A DNA stretch of 64,000 bases from Bacilli bacterium (GCA_045123185.1 JBGVIL010000206.1:4400-68399); one strand, 5' to 3'; shown: positions 45,303-55,559, counted from the stretch's first letter. A program made the numbers and translations. The notes: generated by a model from the sequence alone, not told the origin.

Positions 45303-46100
45303 TTATTTTATTTTTTTACATTTATAAACTCTTTCGTCTGTTACATATACATCGAAAAATTTATCATAATACTCGTCATTCATATCGCACAGAATTACAT
45401 TAGCGTCGTTCACTGCTCTTAGTAAGCTACCTGAGCCTGCGAAGAAATCTCCAATTGTATTTCCTGGTACATCTGCTCCGCTAAGCCATACTAAGTGTTC
45501 AAGTAACTCTCTTGGTTTCTGACATGGATGACACAATTTATCTTTTTTATAATTACCTTGTGGTTTTGTGAATTTTAATATACTTGATTTATCCCAAAGC
45601 CCTGCTTCTGAATTTAATCTAGGGTTTCCTTTTCTAACAACAATAATAGGTGTTATATCATAGCAGAAATCTCCTGAAATGCTACTAACCATATTAGGTT
45701 GTTGCCAGAATACTACTCTATTTACATCGAATATTTCATAGGCTAAATGCAAATACCTCATACTCCAGAAGATGAACATAAATGAATCCTCTGCAAGTTT
45801 TGCGTGGGCTTTGCAATACCATTTAAAACATTCCTCTTTATAATCTTCCAATTTTTGTTTCTCTTCCCAAGGAATAGCTACTTCAAATCTTGAAGTTACA
45901 ATACCCTTTTCTAAGTCGCTTTCACTCGGCGATACTTTTGCTGTGTATCTTGAATGGAACACTGCTGCGCCGTTCTTGTTCTTCATGTTACCAGTCAACA
46001 CGTTATAAGGCGGGTCGATAATCCATAGGTCGACGCTTTCGTCTTCTAATTTATCTAACCAGTCCATACAATTCGACTTAGTAAATACTCTTTCACTCAT
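45303..46100 (-). CDS. DNA methyltransferase (N6-A/N4-C, beta-class order)
   Basis: Motifs IIDPPYN, HPCQKP and DFFAGSGS. Confidence 0.8.
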   Translation of the reverse strand: MSERVFTKSNCMDWLDKLEDESVDLWIIDPPYNVLTGNMKNKNGAAVFHSRYTAKVSPSESDLEKGIVTSRFEVAIPWEEKQKLEDYKEECFKWYCKAHAKLAEDSFMFIFWSMRYLHLAYEIFDVNRVVFWQQPNMVSSISGDFCYDITPIIVVRKGNPRLNSEAGLWDKSSILKFTKPQGNYKKDKLCHPCQKPRELLEHLVWLSGADVPGNTIGDFFAGSGSLLRAVNDANVILCDMNDEYYDKFFDVYVTDERVYKCKKIK

Positions 46101-46136
46101 ACAAACACTCCCTCCTATTTAATACTTCTTATAATT

Positions 46137-46814
46137 CTACAAAATTATAGTTTTCTTAACTAAGCTCTTTTCTTTAGCTTTCTCCACTTCTGCTATTGCT
46201 CGGAAGTGAGTATTCCATAATTTAAGGATTGATTCTCCAAGCTTTTTATCTATCTCAAATTTGAACCATCTGTAACCAGTTTTGGTCAAACTTAAACATC
46301 TCAATTCTTCTATTTGTTTTGCAATCGCTTTTTCTTCTTTATTACCTTTTAACATCATCATATAATATAGTTGAAGTTGGCAATTAGTAGACCACTCATC
46401 TAAATTACTTGAAGTTTTCCAGTCAATCATACATATTTTTCCGTTCACTACAGCGATGCAGTCTACGATTCCTTTGATTCCAAGTTTTTTATTTATTAAT
46501 TTTAACTCAGTGTGCATTGGTCTGATATCCCATTCAATACGTTCATCTAACCATTCTTTCCAGTCAGTTTCATAAACAGCATATTCCAACCCCAAATGTG
46601 GTTCTTTTTCATCTTCTTTTTTGAAAGGTTTGTCATACCAGTTAAGCCAATCTTCGATGTATTTATGCACAGCGGTACCACGTTCACCCGCAGCCTTTAA
46701 TATATGCTCTGGAATATCCATTTTTTCAAATTTATTTCCAAATATAGCGTTTAGTACACTAGTTACTCCCCTGAAAGGTGAGTCAAAAAATTCACTATCT
46801 GTATAATCCCTCAT
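46137..46814 (-). CDS. PD-(D/E)XK (RecB/Cas4-like) exonuclease
   Basis: Motif GIVDCIAV...MIDWKTS. 225 aa. Confidence 0.6.
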   Translation of the reverse strand: MRDYTDSEFFDSPFRGVTSVLNAIFGNKFEKMDIPEHILKAAGERGTAVHKYIEDWLNWYDKPFKKEDEKEPHLGLEYAVYETDWKEWLDERIEWDIRPMHTELKLINKKLGIKGIVDCIAVVNGKICMIDWKTSSNLDEWSTNCQLQLYYMMMLKGNKEEKAIAKQIEELRCLSLTKTGYRWFKFEIDKKLGESILKLWNTHFRAIAEVEKAKEKSLVKKTIIL

Positions 46815-47044
46815 TTTAAATCTCCTTTTATTCTTTTATATGATATTATATTTTTTGAAAAATTACAAGCATTTTAATGAAATTTAGACAAAATGTTTCT
46901 TGTTTACCTCAAAACCCGCAATCACAGCTGGCTCTAGGGTTTTTAATTATGTTAACCGATTTACACGTTTTCGGTTTTCTTCCTATTATAATATACGCAC
47001 GTACACGTAAGAAAAAAAAATTTAGAAAAAAGACAACAAACCTA

Positions 47045-47073
47045 TTGACTTGTTGTTAAGATTGTTGTATACT
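47045..47073 (+). promoter_or_regulatory. sigma-A-type promoter (TTGACT-17-TATACT)
   Basis: Hexamers read directly from the sequence. Confidence 0.55.
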
Positions 47074-47182
47074 ATATTCAAGGACGCAGAAATCCTTATA
47101 TATTATCAAGAGTGAGGCGGGAATTAACTTATGAAACAACGCCTTGCTCCCCCAGTATAAAAGAAAGGAGGAAATTATATGT

Positions 47183-48523
47183 ATGAGAAAATTGCCATCT
47201 GAAATTAAATTGACGTTTCATGCAATCGAGAGATTGAAAGAAAGAAACATAGCTGATAATTATTATAATACTAAAAATTTGATGAAAAGTAATTGTAAAT
47301 GGTTTACAAAGGATGACCTTATTCCACAGAGTGCGTTATATTTGCATTGCTGTTATGTATGTAGGAAAGATAAGAATAAAATGCGATATATGACTGATGG
47401 GAATATTGAAGTGTTATACGATAAGGGAGCAGGGGTAGCCATTACTGTAATGGAGGTTAAAGATAAATTCAAACCTATTACTCAATACATTAAACCCGAA
47501 GTATTAAAACAAATGGAAGATAGAAAGGTAGTTAGGAAAATGAAGAGATTAGAGAGAAATATTGGACAATGTCCTGATTGTGAAAAAGAAAATGTAGAGC
47601 TTATGAGAAGCGGTATTTATGAAGGATTATGCAACACTTGTAAAAGAAGAAAACAAAATGCAAAAGCACGTAGTAGAGAGTATGTACCATATAAAGATTT
47701 AGACGAAAGCGGAAAGAAGAGAATAGATATATTCCAAGAAGCACAAGCTAGAAAAAAAGATGAAGGTAAAGAAATAGAAGTTGAAAAAGCAGAGATAAAA
47801 GTAGTTGAAAATTATTATCAAGCAAAAGCTGAGCAAAGTCCAGCTATAACACACGTGATAGAAAAACCAGCACCAATAATGAATCAACCAATTATCAATC
47901 CACTGAACGACCCAGACAGTTTTATTAATACACTAAGAGGATGTGGATGTGAAATACCACAAGACACACTTAAGAATGTATTAGACGTCCTAGTTTCAAC
48001 AGATAAACTAAAAGATATATTTATGGTTATTGCAGAAAATGATAGTCAAGACGCTATATTAGACTTAGAACAAGCATTAAATGTAGTAGAGAGAAAACTA
48101 CAACATGACTGGGAGTATAACGGATTCCAAGAGGCAGATGATATTAAATTTAAAGGTTTCTTAACGTGGAGAAGAGTATTAAAAGGAGCAATATTCTTCT
48201 GGAAAAAACTATATCAAACAAACGCATTAATTGAAATGCAAAGAGCGTGGAACGCATATACACAAGACCCAAATGATAAAGTGTTATTAGCTGGGGATAG
48301 AATTGACAGTACATTAAAACGTTATCAAATAACAACTGAGAGTATATCAACTATATTCAATACTAAACGTCCATTCACAAGAGTGTTTTATGCTAAGAAT
48401 GAAGACGACGCACACGAAATGTTGGTAAAATGGTTTGCTGACAGACAGTTACACGAGAATAAAGCTAAAACTGTAATAACAGAATTAAAAGCAGATGGGA
48501 GCAGTGTTTATGAAGTTAAGTAG
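47183..48523 (+). CDS. hypothetical protein with internal CxxC..CxxC zinc ribbon
   Basis: ATG at 47183 after AGGAGG. 446 aa, contains CPDCEKE...CNTCKRR. Confidence 0.65.
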   Translation: MRKLPSEIKLTFHAIERLKERNIADNYYNTKNLMKSNCKWFTKDDLIPQSALYLHCCYVCRKDKNKMRYMTDGNIEVLYDKGAGVAITVMEVKDKFKPITQYIKPEVLKQMEDRKVVRKMKRLERNIGQCPDCEKENVELMRSGIYEGLCNTCKRRKQNAKARSREYVPYKDLDESGKKRIDIFQEAQARKKDEGKEIEVEKAEIKVVENYYQAKAEQSPAITHVIEKPAPIMNQPIINPLNDPDSFINTLRGCGCEIPQDTLKNVLDVLVSTDKLKDIFMVIAENDSQDAILDLEQALNVVERKLQHDWEYNGFQEADDIKFKGFLTWRRVLKGAIFFWKKLYQTNALIEMQRAWNAYTQDPNDKVLLAGDRIDSTLKRYQITTESISTIFNTKRPFTRVFYAKNEDDAHEMLVKWFADRQLHENKAKTVITELKADGSSVYEVK

Positions 48524-48977
48524 AGAAGAATTTAGAAATTTAAAAAGCTTTTCAAGAGAGCAAATGGAAAAGTGGTTACAAGGTTATTATAATGTAACAT
48601 ATAATTCATTAAGAAAAGAGTTTAACGACGCATACAAAGATGAGTTAGACAACTCAGTACAAAATTTTATAACAGCTATTGCGTATACATTACATTACAA
48701 TGACGATACTAATTTACAACACGATGAATTAAATTCTTTTATGGAAGATTTATTCGTGAGTGTTGAAATGTTTAGAAAAGGTGAATACAAACCTGAAGAA
48801 TACAAAGAACAATTAAAAGAAGACGGAATAGTAATAGCAGAATATGATTATGACAGATTGTATAGAGAAAAAGACGCACCATATAAAGAAAAATATGAGC
48901 AACTAGTTAAGTTTTTGAATGAAACAAAATCTAAAGCAAAAGTTATAGACGAAATCAAACAGCTACTTGGTATATAA
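48495..48977 (+). CDS. hypothetical protein
   Basis: 160 aa (alternative ATG at 48510). Confidence 0.55.
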   Translation: MGAVFMKLSREEFRNLKSFSREQMEKWLQGYYNVTYNSLRKEFNDAYKDELDNSVQNFITAIAYTLHYNDDTNLQHDELNSFMEDLFVSVEMFRKGEYKPEEYKEQLKEDGIVIAEYDYDRLYREKDAPYKEKYEQLVKFLNETKSKAKVIDEIKQLLGI

Positions 48978-49032
48978 TCGTGGCAATACCACGTTTTATA
49001 TAAATACAATATATGAAAGGAGACAATATCTC

Positions 49033-49281
49033 ATGAGTGATTTAAGAAACGCAGGTAAACCCTGGAAACTAGAAGAAGTAGTGTTAGTGGCGAGTACAGC
49101 ACCTACAAAACAAAACACAAAATTATTCGCAGATATATTTGGTAGGACAGAACACTCAATCCAATATTTGTATTGTAAAATTTACAAGACAAACACAACT
49201 TACTTAAAAGAACACGCAAACAAAGGTAATCAATGTGACTTAATATTGCAAGCAAGAAGAATGTTGAAATATACATTTTAA
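49033..49281 (+). CDS. hypothetical protein (SANT/Myb-like pattern)
   Basis: ATG at 49033 after AAGGAG. N-terminus MSDLRNAGKPWKLEEV... Confidence 0.45.
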   Translation: MSDLRNAGKPWKLEEVVLVASTAPTKQNTKLFADIFGRTEHSIQYLYCKIYKTNTTYLKEHANKGNQCDLILQARRMLKYTF

Positions 49282-49331
49282 AAAATTCCTCGAGCTTTTT
49301 GCTCGTGGGATTAAATTGGGGGTGAAAGAAG

Positions 49332-49565
49332 ATGACAAATAGAGAAGAACAAGCAGCGAATGCGTTACAAGCAATAGCAAAAGATATCAAAGAAAAATTA
49401 CCAGAAAATATGGGATTTGCTTTGTTAACTTATGAGTTTGGAGAAGGTGACGATAAAAGAATGATGTATATTTCAAATTCAAACAGAGAAGACGTTATAA
49501 AAGCAATGTTGGAGTTCGTGGATAAAAATCTAAACGACCCTAAGATGTTTGGAAAAGATGTATAA
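49332..49565 (+). CDS. hypothetical protein
   Basis: 77 aa. Confidence 0.5.
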   Translation: MTNREEQAANALQAIAKDIKEKLPENMGFALLTYEFGEGDDKRMMYISNSNREDVIKAMLEFVDKNLNDPKMFGKDV

Positions 49566-49619
49566 TTACGAAAAAGTGACCAAGACGTAAGAAATTCGTA
49601 ATAGAAAGGGTGTATACAA

Positions 49620-51590
49620 ATGCTTATATATGATTATGAAGTTTTTAAACACGATACTCTACTAGGAGTTTTAAATGAAGAAACAGGAGAGGTAATACAA
49701 ATCTGGGATATACCTAAAATTAAAAAACTAACCGAGGAAAACTTAAATAATATCTGGATTGGATATAACTGTGAACATTACGATAAGATATTATCACACG
49801 GTATTTTGTCTGGGAGATTAACAACCCCAAGCAAAGTATTTGAATGTAGTAATTCAGTTATTCATGCACAAGACGCAGATATACCAGTTTTCAATGTGTT
49901 AGGTAAATATGGTATAACAGATTATTATTCCTCTCCTATTTTGTCTTATGATGTTATGGGTGACGGTAGTTTCATGTCACTTAAACAAAACGAAGGATTT
50001 ATGGGAATGGATATAGTAGAGAGTGTTGTTCCGTTTGATTTAGATAGACCATTAACAGACGAGGAAAAACGAGACGTTGAAAAATATAACAGAGCTGATT
50101 TATATGGTACTCTAGAAAGATTCAAACAAAGAAAGAACAGTTTTAAAACTAAGATGCTACTGGTAAAAGAATTCAAATTACCATTAGATTATATATGTAA
50201 AACAAATGCAAAGTTAACAGAAGCTATATTACTTTCACAAAACAAAGGTGTAAATACTAGACTAAGAAAAAATTTTCAATTATGTGATTTACCAGTAAAC
50301 TGGGACATACCAGAGCTTAAACAAATATATGACTTTTTCGTTGAAGCATTAAAAGAGTTAGAAACGCATAAATGGGAAACTAAAAAATGTGATAAAACAA
50401 AACTTAGTATGGATTTAGATATATTAGGTGTTACTCACACCTTCGCATTAGGTGGAGTGCACGGAGGGATTAAACATTATATATGTAGACCAGAAGATAA
50501 AAAGAAAATAGTGTGGGTAGACGTTTCGTCCCTATACCCAAATATATTAACCAAATGGGATTTATTATCTCGTAAAGTTGACAAGAACGGATGTGAGGCA
50601 TTCGCAGGAATGGTTCAAACTCGTATGGATGTTAAAGCCAAACTTCATGACCCTAGTCTAAGTAAGGAAGAGAAGAAAGCGTTAAAAGATAAAGCAGCAA
50701 GATATAAACTTATACTGAACACAACATCAGGATGTATGAAAGATAAATTCAAAAAACTATATGACCCTGAGTATAATACTAAAATGTGTATGCTTGGACA
50801 ACTCAGCTTAATGGACTTAGTGTTCAGATTACAAAACGCAAAGAGAAAACCAAAACCAGCTTGGGCATTAGAAGATGGTGCATTGACTAGTTCAATTCCA
50901 ACTGAATATTTTAAACTAATTCAATCTAATACTGATGGTATTGCGTTAGAATTATTAACTCACGACGCAGAAGATATTATTGATGAAGTATGTAAAGACT
51001 GGGAAAAAGATTGGCGTTTTAGTTTGGAAAAAACAGTAGCAGACAATCTATATGAAAAAGATGTTAACAACTATGTTTTTAGAGATGAAGGTGGAGGTAT
51101 TAAAGTTAAAGGAGCTTATGTTACAAAATTCTCAGAAAATAATGAACAAGATACGCTAGCGATTCTAGCTCAAGCTGTTGTAAATTATTTCTTAGAGGGA
51201 AAAGATATTAGAGAAACTATATGTAATCCTGATAACTTGGCTACTGATTATCAAATGATTAAAAAACTAGGGGGTATGTATGACACACCAACCTGGAAAA
51301 GAGAATATGGTGATGTGGAAGTGCAAAAAGTGAACAGAATATTCCCATCGACAGATTTAAAAAACGGCGGTCTTTACAAACATAAAAAATCTAAAGACAT
51401 TGGTGTGTTAGATAAGGTTGAAGGTACTCCAGAACACGTTTTAATTTATAACGAGGATATAAGGGGTAAGAAAATAGGTGAGTTAGCTAATATAGATTAC
51501 GAGTGGTACGTTGCGGAAGCACAAAAACGTATTAACGACTTCTTAGGTATAAAACCTGAGAGAAAAACTAGAAAGAAAAAAGTCGAATAA
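49620..51590 (+). CDS. DNA polymerase, family-B-like
   Basis: N-terminal YDYEVF (Exo I-like DxE), VDVSSLYPNIL (motif A), KLILNTTSGCMK (motif B-like) and QSNTDGIAL (motif C-like). Confidence 0.65.
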   Translation: MLIYDYEVFKHDTLLGVLNEETGEVIQIWDIPKIKKLTEENLNNIWIGYNCEHYDKILSHGILSGRLTTPSKVFECSNSVIHAQDADIPVFNVLGKYGITDYYSSPILSYDVMGDGSFMSLKQNEGFMGMDIVESVVPFDLDRPLTDEEKRDVEKYNRADLYGTLERFKQRKNSFKTKMLLVKEFKLPLDYICKTNAKLTEAILLSQNKGVNTRLRKNFQLCDLPVNWDIPELKQIYDFFVEALKELETHKWETKKCDKTKLSMDLDILGVTHTFALGGVHGGIKHYICRPEDKKKIVWVDVSSLYPNILTKWDLLSRKVDKNGCEAFAGMVQTRMDVKAKLHDPSLSKEEKKALKDKAARYKLILNTTSGCMKDKFKKLYDPEYNTKMCMLGQLSLMDLVFRLQNAKRKPKPAWALEDGALTSSIPTEYFKLIQSNTDGIALELLTHDAEDIIDEVCKDWEKDWRFSLEKTVADNLYEKDVNNYVFRDEGGGIKVKGAYVTKFSENNEQDTLAILAQAVVNYFLEGKDIRETICNPDNLATDYQMIKKLGGMYDTPTWKREYGDVEVQKVNRIFPSTDLKNGGLYKHKKSKDIGVLDKVEGTPEHVLIYNEDIRGKKIGELANIDYEWYVAEAQKRINDFLGIKPERKTRKKKVE

Positions 51591-51605
51591 ATTTATGATA
51601 TATAC

Positions 51606-51634
51606 TTGACATTTGATTAATAGTTGTGTATAAT
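51606..51634 (+). promoter_or_regulatory. sigma-A-type promoter (TTGACA-17-TATAAT)
   Basis: Perfect consensus hexamers. Confidence 0.7.
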
Positions 51635-51656
51635 GTTTATAAAAGGAGGAATTATT

Positions 51657-51914
51657 ATGGAAGATTTCATAAAAGATAGAAATGAAGCTTTTACTAGCAT
51701 GGATAAAGAGAAACTTTTAGCGTATTGTGAAAAATATGGAATTGTTATTCCAGAAGATGAAACAACTTTCTGGGCAGGTGTGCATAAAAGTGTATGTAAT
51801 TTATATCTACTAGAAAACAGTCCGATTTCAATTGAGCAGTACAATAAAAGTTATGATTGGCTAAAAGAACATGGTTATAGTCCATCGATATCCGATATAG
51901 GGGGTGAAAAATAA
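51657..51914 (+). CDS. hypothetical protein
   Basis: ATG at 51657 after AAGGAGG. Confidence 0.55.
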   Translation: MEDFIKDRNEAFTSMDKEKLLAYCEKYGIVIPEDETTFWAGVHKSVCNLYLLENSPISIEQYNKSYDWLKEHGYSPSISDIGGEK

Positions 51915-51917
51915 ATT

Positions 51918-52226
51918 ATGAATAATTCAAACGAGTTTATTCAACTACATGAAGTAGGAGATATATTGTATAAAGCTAGTAGAGATACAATAACCGAAAT
52001 AATAATAGTAGAAGTTAAAAAACTACCTCATTTAGTATATAGAGATAACAGAGGTACATCATACTTCAATCGTAGCATTGTAAAATCATGTTTCAAAACT
52101 AGAGAGGAAGCAGAACAGGAAATATACAGACAAAGAAAAATCAGAGAAAAACGTGAGTTATTGAAAAAATACGAAAGAGAATTAAACGAAAAATTTGGTT
52201 TAGAAAATCATTTAATTATTAAATAG
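51918..52226 (+). CDS. hypothetical protein
   Basis: 102 aa. Confidence 0.55.
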   Translation: MNNSNEFIQLHEVGDILYKASRDTITEIIIVEVKKLPHLVYRDNRGTSYFNRSIVKSCFKTREEAEQEIYRQRKIREKRELLKKYERELNEKFGLENHLIIK

Positions 52227-52239
52227 GAGGAATTTTAAA

Positions 52240-53151
52240 ATGGAAAAAGACGTATCAAAAGCTTATGACGTGTATGTAACACGTAATTATTCAATATTTA
52301 GAAGATTGGTGGGAAATAGAGATATCCCAGAGAGTAGAATTAGTAAAATAGTTGACTCAATACAAAAGATAGGTTGGGTGCATAATCCAATTATCGTAAA
52401 CGAAAAAATGGAAGTAATAGACGGGCAGGGAAGACTAACAGCACTTCAAAGATTAAAGATGCCAGTGGAATATGTAATAGCCCCAGGAGCTGGTAATAAA
52501 GAATGTATCTATATGAATATGAACATGGTTAACTGGAAGTTACCAGATTTCATAAAATCATACGCAGAACAAGGAAATGAAAATTATCAAAGACTATTAT
52601 CTTTAATGGAAAAATACGCAGGTGGAAACTTAGATATTATCTCAACTGCTGTATATAGAGTGTCAAAATCTAAACATAGAGACATCAAAGAAGGTATATT
52701 ACAGTTAACAGAAGAGCAATATAGAGCTGCGGTTCCTAGATTAGAATATGTAGAACCATTATTGAAAACATTAGACGAAAAGAAATTACCAGGAAGTATT
52801 GTTACTTTATTACAAACTATGATTTATTACTTTGATTATCCAGAAGTTGACGCAGAGAGACTTGCTTATAGTGTAGAAAAATACATATATAATTCAACAC
52901 CATGGGTATTAAACACAGACTGTGAAAGAGAAGTAGAAAACGCATACAACTACGGATTAAAATTAGAAAAGAAAATATTTATAGCTCACTTAGTTAAAGA
53001 AGAAAGAATGAGAAGACAATTAGAATTAAACAAAGCTAATCAAATAAGAGCATTTGAGAGAACACAAAAAGGAATTCAAGGGTTTATAACACCTGAAGAA
53101 AAAATGGAGGCCATGAATAATGAGCAAATACAAGGAGATATTCAAACTTAA
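52240..53151 (+). CDS. ParB N-terminal-domain (ParB/Srx fold) protein
   Basis: Motif HNPIIVNEKMEVIDGQGRLTAL (DGQxR). Confidence 0.55.
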   Translation: MEKDVSKAYDVYVTRNYSIFRRLVGNRDIPESRISKIVDSIQKIGWVHNPIIVNEKMEVIDGQGRLTALQRLKMPVEYVIAPGAGNKECIYMNMNMVNWKLPDFIKSYAEQGNENYQRLLSLMEKYAGGNLDIISTAVYRVSKSKHRDIKEGILQLTEEQYRAAVPRLEYVEPLLKTLDEKKLPGSIVTLLQTMIYYFDYPEVDAERLAYSVEKYIYNSTPWVLNTDCEREVENAYNYGLKLEKKIFIAHLVKEERMRRQLELNKANQIRAFERTQKGIQGFITPEEKMEAMNNEQIQGDIQT

Positions 53152-53461
53152 AAGAATGTTAGAAAAAGCGGGAATACCGTTTGAGTTCATAGAATGTTTT
53201 GGGTACGATAAAAGATTGTTGTCTGAGTACCCAGACATTATGGACCATTATCAAATATGTTATCCAAGTAAAGATGAAAATATAGTAATTAGTGTCATCG
53301 GAGGATTTGGTGCACATGGAGCTGAACAAGATAAACTGGAAATAATGGGTGGACTTACTCCATGGGAAAAATACAATCATGGTGACACAGTTATTGGTTG
53401 GCTTACTGCGGAAAATGTATTTAAAAGAATAAAAAAAGATTGGGAGGAAAAGCAAAAATGA
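53120..53461 (+). CDS. hypothetical protein
   Basis: 113 aa, RBS GGAGG. Confidence 0.55.
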   Translation: MSKYKEIFKLKRMLEKAGIPFEFIECFGYDKRLLSEYPDIMDHYQICYPSKDENIVISVIGGFGAHGAEQDKLEIMGGLTPWEKYNHGDTVIGWLTAENVFKRIKKDWEEKQK

Positions 53462-53874
53462 AAACAATAAAAGTGATAGATGAAGATACTTTAGAAATAA
53501 AAGAAGTAGTAGTCGAAGAAACTGATGGAGAATTAACAGAAAGAGCTGCTGAAGATTTATCTGGTTTGTTCAGACAAGCGTTAACTTGTGACCCAGATGA
53601 GTTTGCGAGATTATATAAAGAATTTAAAGAGGCAAAAGCTAAATTTGATGAAGTGTATGAGCCATTCAAATTAAATTTGCTGTCACTATATAAAGATAGA
53701 CCAGATATTCCAAAGAATGTCGTGATAGGTGGAGCTGTTAAATTAACTCATGTTGCACCTAGTGTCAGAAACACAATTGATAGTAAAAAATTAAAGGAAG
53801 AAGAGCCAGCAATAGCTGAAAAATTTACAAAAACAACTAATGTTAGTGCTAGTATAAGATTAGAAGAATTATAA
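53458..53874 (+). CDS. hypothetical protein (Gp157/Gam-position protein upstream of the SNF2 helicase)
   Basis: ATG at 53458 (ATGA overlap with the upstream stop). 138 aa. Confidence 0.5.
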   Translation: MKTIKVIDEDTLEIKEVVVEETDGELTERAAEDLSGLFRQALTCDPDEFARLYKEFKEAKAKFDEVYEPFKLNLLSLYKDRPDIPKNVVIGGAVKLTHVAPSVRNTIDSKKLKEEEPAIAEKFTKTTNVSASIRLEEL

Positions 53875-53889
53875 TATGGAGGTATGACA

Positions 53890-54201
53890 ATGGCTGATAG
53901 AAAACAATATCAACGTAATTACTATAGAGCAAATAAAGCTAAACGTAGTGAATACTTCAAAAAATATTATGAAGAAAACAAAGAAAAGATAAATGAGCGT
54001 AATAACACTCGCTACAAAGAAAACAAAGAAGTAAAAGAAAGTAAAAGTGATATATACAAAAAATATTATGAAGAACATAAAGAAGAAAGAAAAGAGTATT
54101 ATAAAAAACATTATGAAGAAAATAAAGAAGCTAGACGAGCTTATTATAGGAAATATTATGCTAAAAAGAAAGCAGAGAGGGAGGCCTTAAATGAAAACTA
54201 A
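53890..54201 (+). CDS. basic repeat protein (KKYYEENKE-type repeats)
   Basis: ATG at 53890, 7 nt after GGAGG. Repeats include YFKKYYEENKEK, IYKKYYEEHKEE, YYKKHYEENKEA and YYRKYYAKKK. Confidence 0.55.
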   Translation: MADRKQYQRNYYRANKAKRSEYFKKYYEENKEKINERNNTRYKENKEVKESKSDIYKKYYEEHKEERKEYYKKHYEENKEARRAYYRKYYAKKKAEREALNEN

Positions 54202-55558
54202 ACTATACGATTATCAACAAGAAACAGCTGATGATATATTTCGTAGAATGGAAGACGGAGAAATTCGTGGTGCGTATTTAGGTTTTGATACAGGTACTGG
54301 TAAAACAGTAACTTCTCTTTCTGTAGCTGAACAACTTTATAAAAATCATATGATAAAAGGTTTAGTAGTAATATGTCCTGTGTCAAAAGTAGATGATTGG
54401 ACTAGAGATATAAAAGACGAAGTTCCAGATATTGAAATGACATTTGTATCTAGTTTTCAAAGTGCGTGGAGAGAAAAGAATAAGGCTAAAATAGAATTAA
54501 TAAACAAAATGGTAGACACACTTATTATTGTAGACGAAGGTCATAAAATGAAAACTTACGACTCAAAACAAAGTAAATTCATTCAAGAAATATCATCTAA
54601 GTTCTCACCTTATGTATTAATACTTAGTGCTACTTCACAGAATAAAAAATACATCGATTTATATCCACAATACAAAACATTAGGAAGTAAAATATTTGAT
54701 ATAAAAGCAAAAGATTTCAAACAAACTTATTGTATAGAAGCACAAAACTGGAATTTAGTTTACGCAGGTAAATCAAGATTTCCGTTCAATGAAATTGTTG
54801 GATATAAACAGATGGATATAATGGATAAAGAAATATTGAATTATACTTATTATAAAAAATATGAAAGTAAATATGATAAACCAATTGAAATAAGACAAAC
54901 TTTCAAAATGACCCCTGAAATGAAATATTTTAAGGAGAAAAAAGTATGGCCTAAAATGGATGAGAAAGCCCTAGAAACTGCTTTAATGTCTGGAGACATA
55001 GAAGATATCGAAACAGACTTTATAATCGCAAATAGACCAGCCTTACATCATATTTATATGCGTGAAAGTAACAGTGGTTTCATAAAAGATATGTTTTTAG
55101 ATAAAAACCCAAAATTACAATGGTTAGAAGACTTCTTAGAAGGAAACGAAGGTCGATTAGTTGTGTTTACTAACTTCGTAAATGAAGCTAAATTAATAAG
55201 TGAATTATGTGAGAAAAAGAAAAGACATTATAGTATATATGATGGCTCACATAAAGATTTAAGCGATTGGGAAAAATATGAGGATTGTATTGCAATAGTG
55301 AACATACAAGCAGGTTCTGCTGGATTAAACAATTTCGTAAAAACTAATATTGGAATATGGTTTTCATATCCAGAAAATTATATTGATTTCATTCAAAGTA
55401 AAGGTCGTCTTGATAGAGTGGGGCAAACAAAACAGCCAGTATATTATTTCCTAGAGATAGCTGGTAGTGTAGAACAACAAGTATTTAATGCGCTTAAAGA
55501 AGGTCGTGACTTTGATTTAAGATTGTTTGAAAAATGGTTGGAAGAAGGAGGAAAATAA
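54191..55558 (+). CDS. SNF2/DEAD-like superfamily-2 helicase
   Basis: Motif I DTGTGKT, motif II VDEGHKMK, and a C-terminal helicase motif QSKGRLDRVGQ. Confidence 0.8.
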   Translation: MKTKLYDYQQETADDIFRRMEDGEIRGAYLGFDTGTGKTVTSLSVAEQLYKNHMIKGLVVICPVSKVDDWTRDIKDEVPDIEMTFVSSFQSAWREKNKAKIELINKMVDTLIIVDEGHKMKTYDSKQSKFIQEISSKFSPYVLILSATSQNKKYIDLYPQYKTLGSKIFDIKAKDFKQTYCIEAQNWNLVYAGKSRFPFNEIVGYKQMDIMDKEILNYTYYKKYESKYDKPIEIRQTFKMTPEMKYFKEKKVWPKMDEKALETALMSGDIEDIETDFIIANRPALHHIYMRESNSGFIKDMFLDKNPKLQWLEDFLEGNEGRLVVFTNFVNEAKLISELCEKKKRHYSIYDGSHKDLSDWEKYEDCIAIVNIQAGSAGLNNFVKTNIGIWFSYPENYIDFIQSKGRLDRVGQTKQPVYYFLEIAGSVEQQVFNALKEGRDFDLRLFEKWLEEGGK

Positions 55559-55559
55559 G

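Noticed and set aside
46877-47059. Plus-strand ORF 46877..47059 (60 aa)
   Set aside because: It spans hairpin/T-run elements and a poly-A/K tract in a promoter region and has no RBS.
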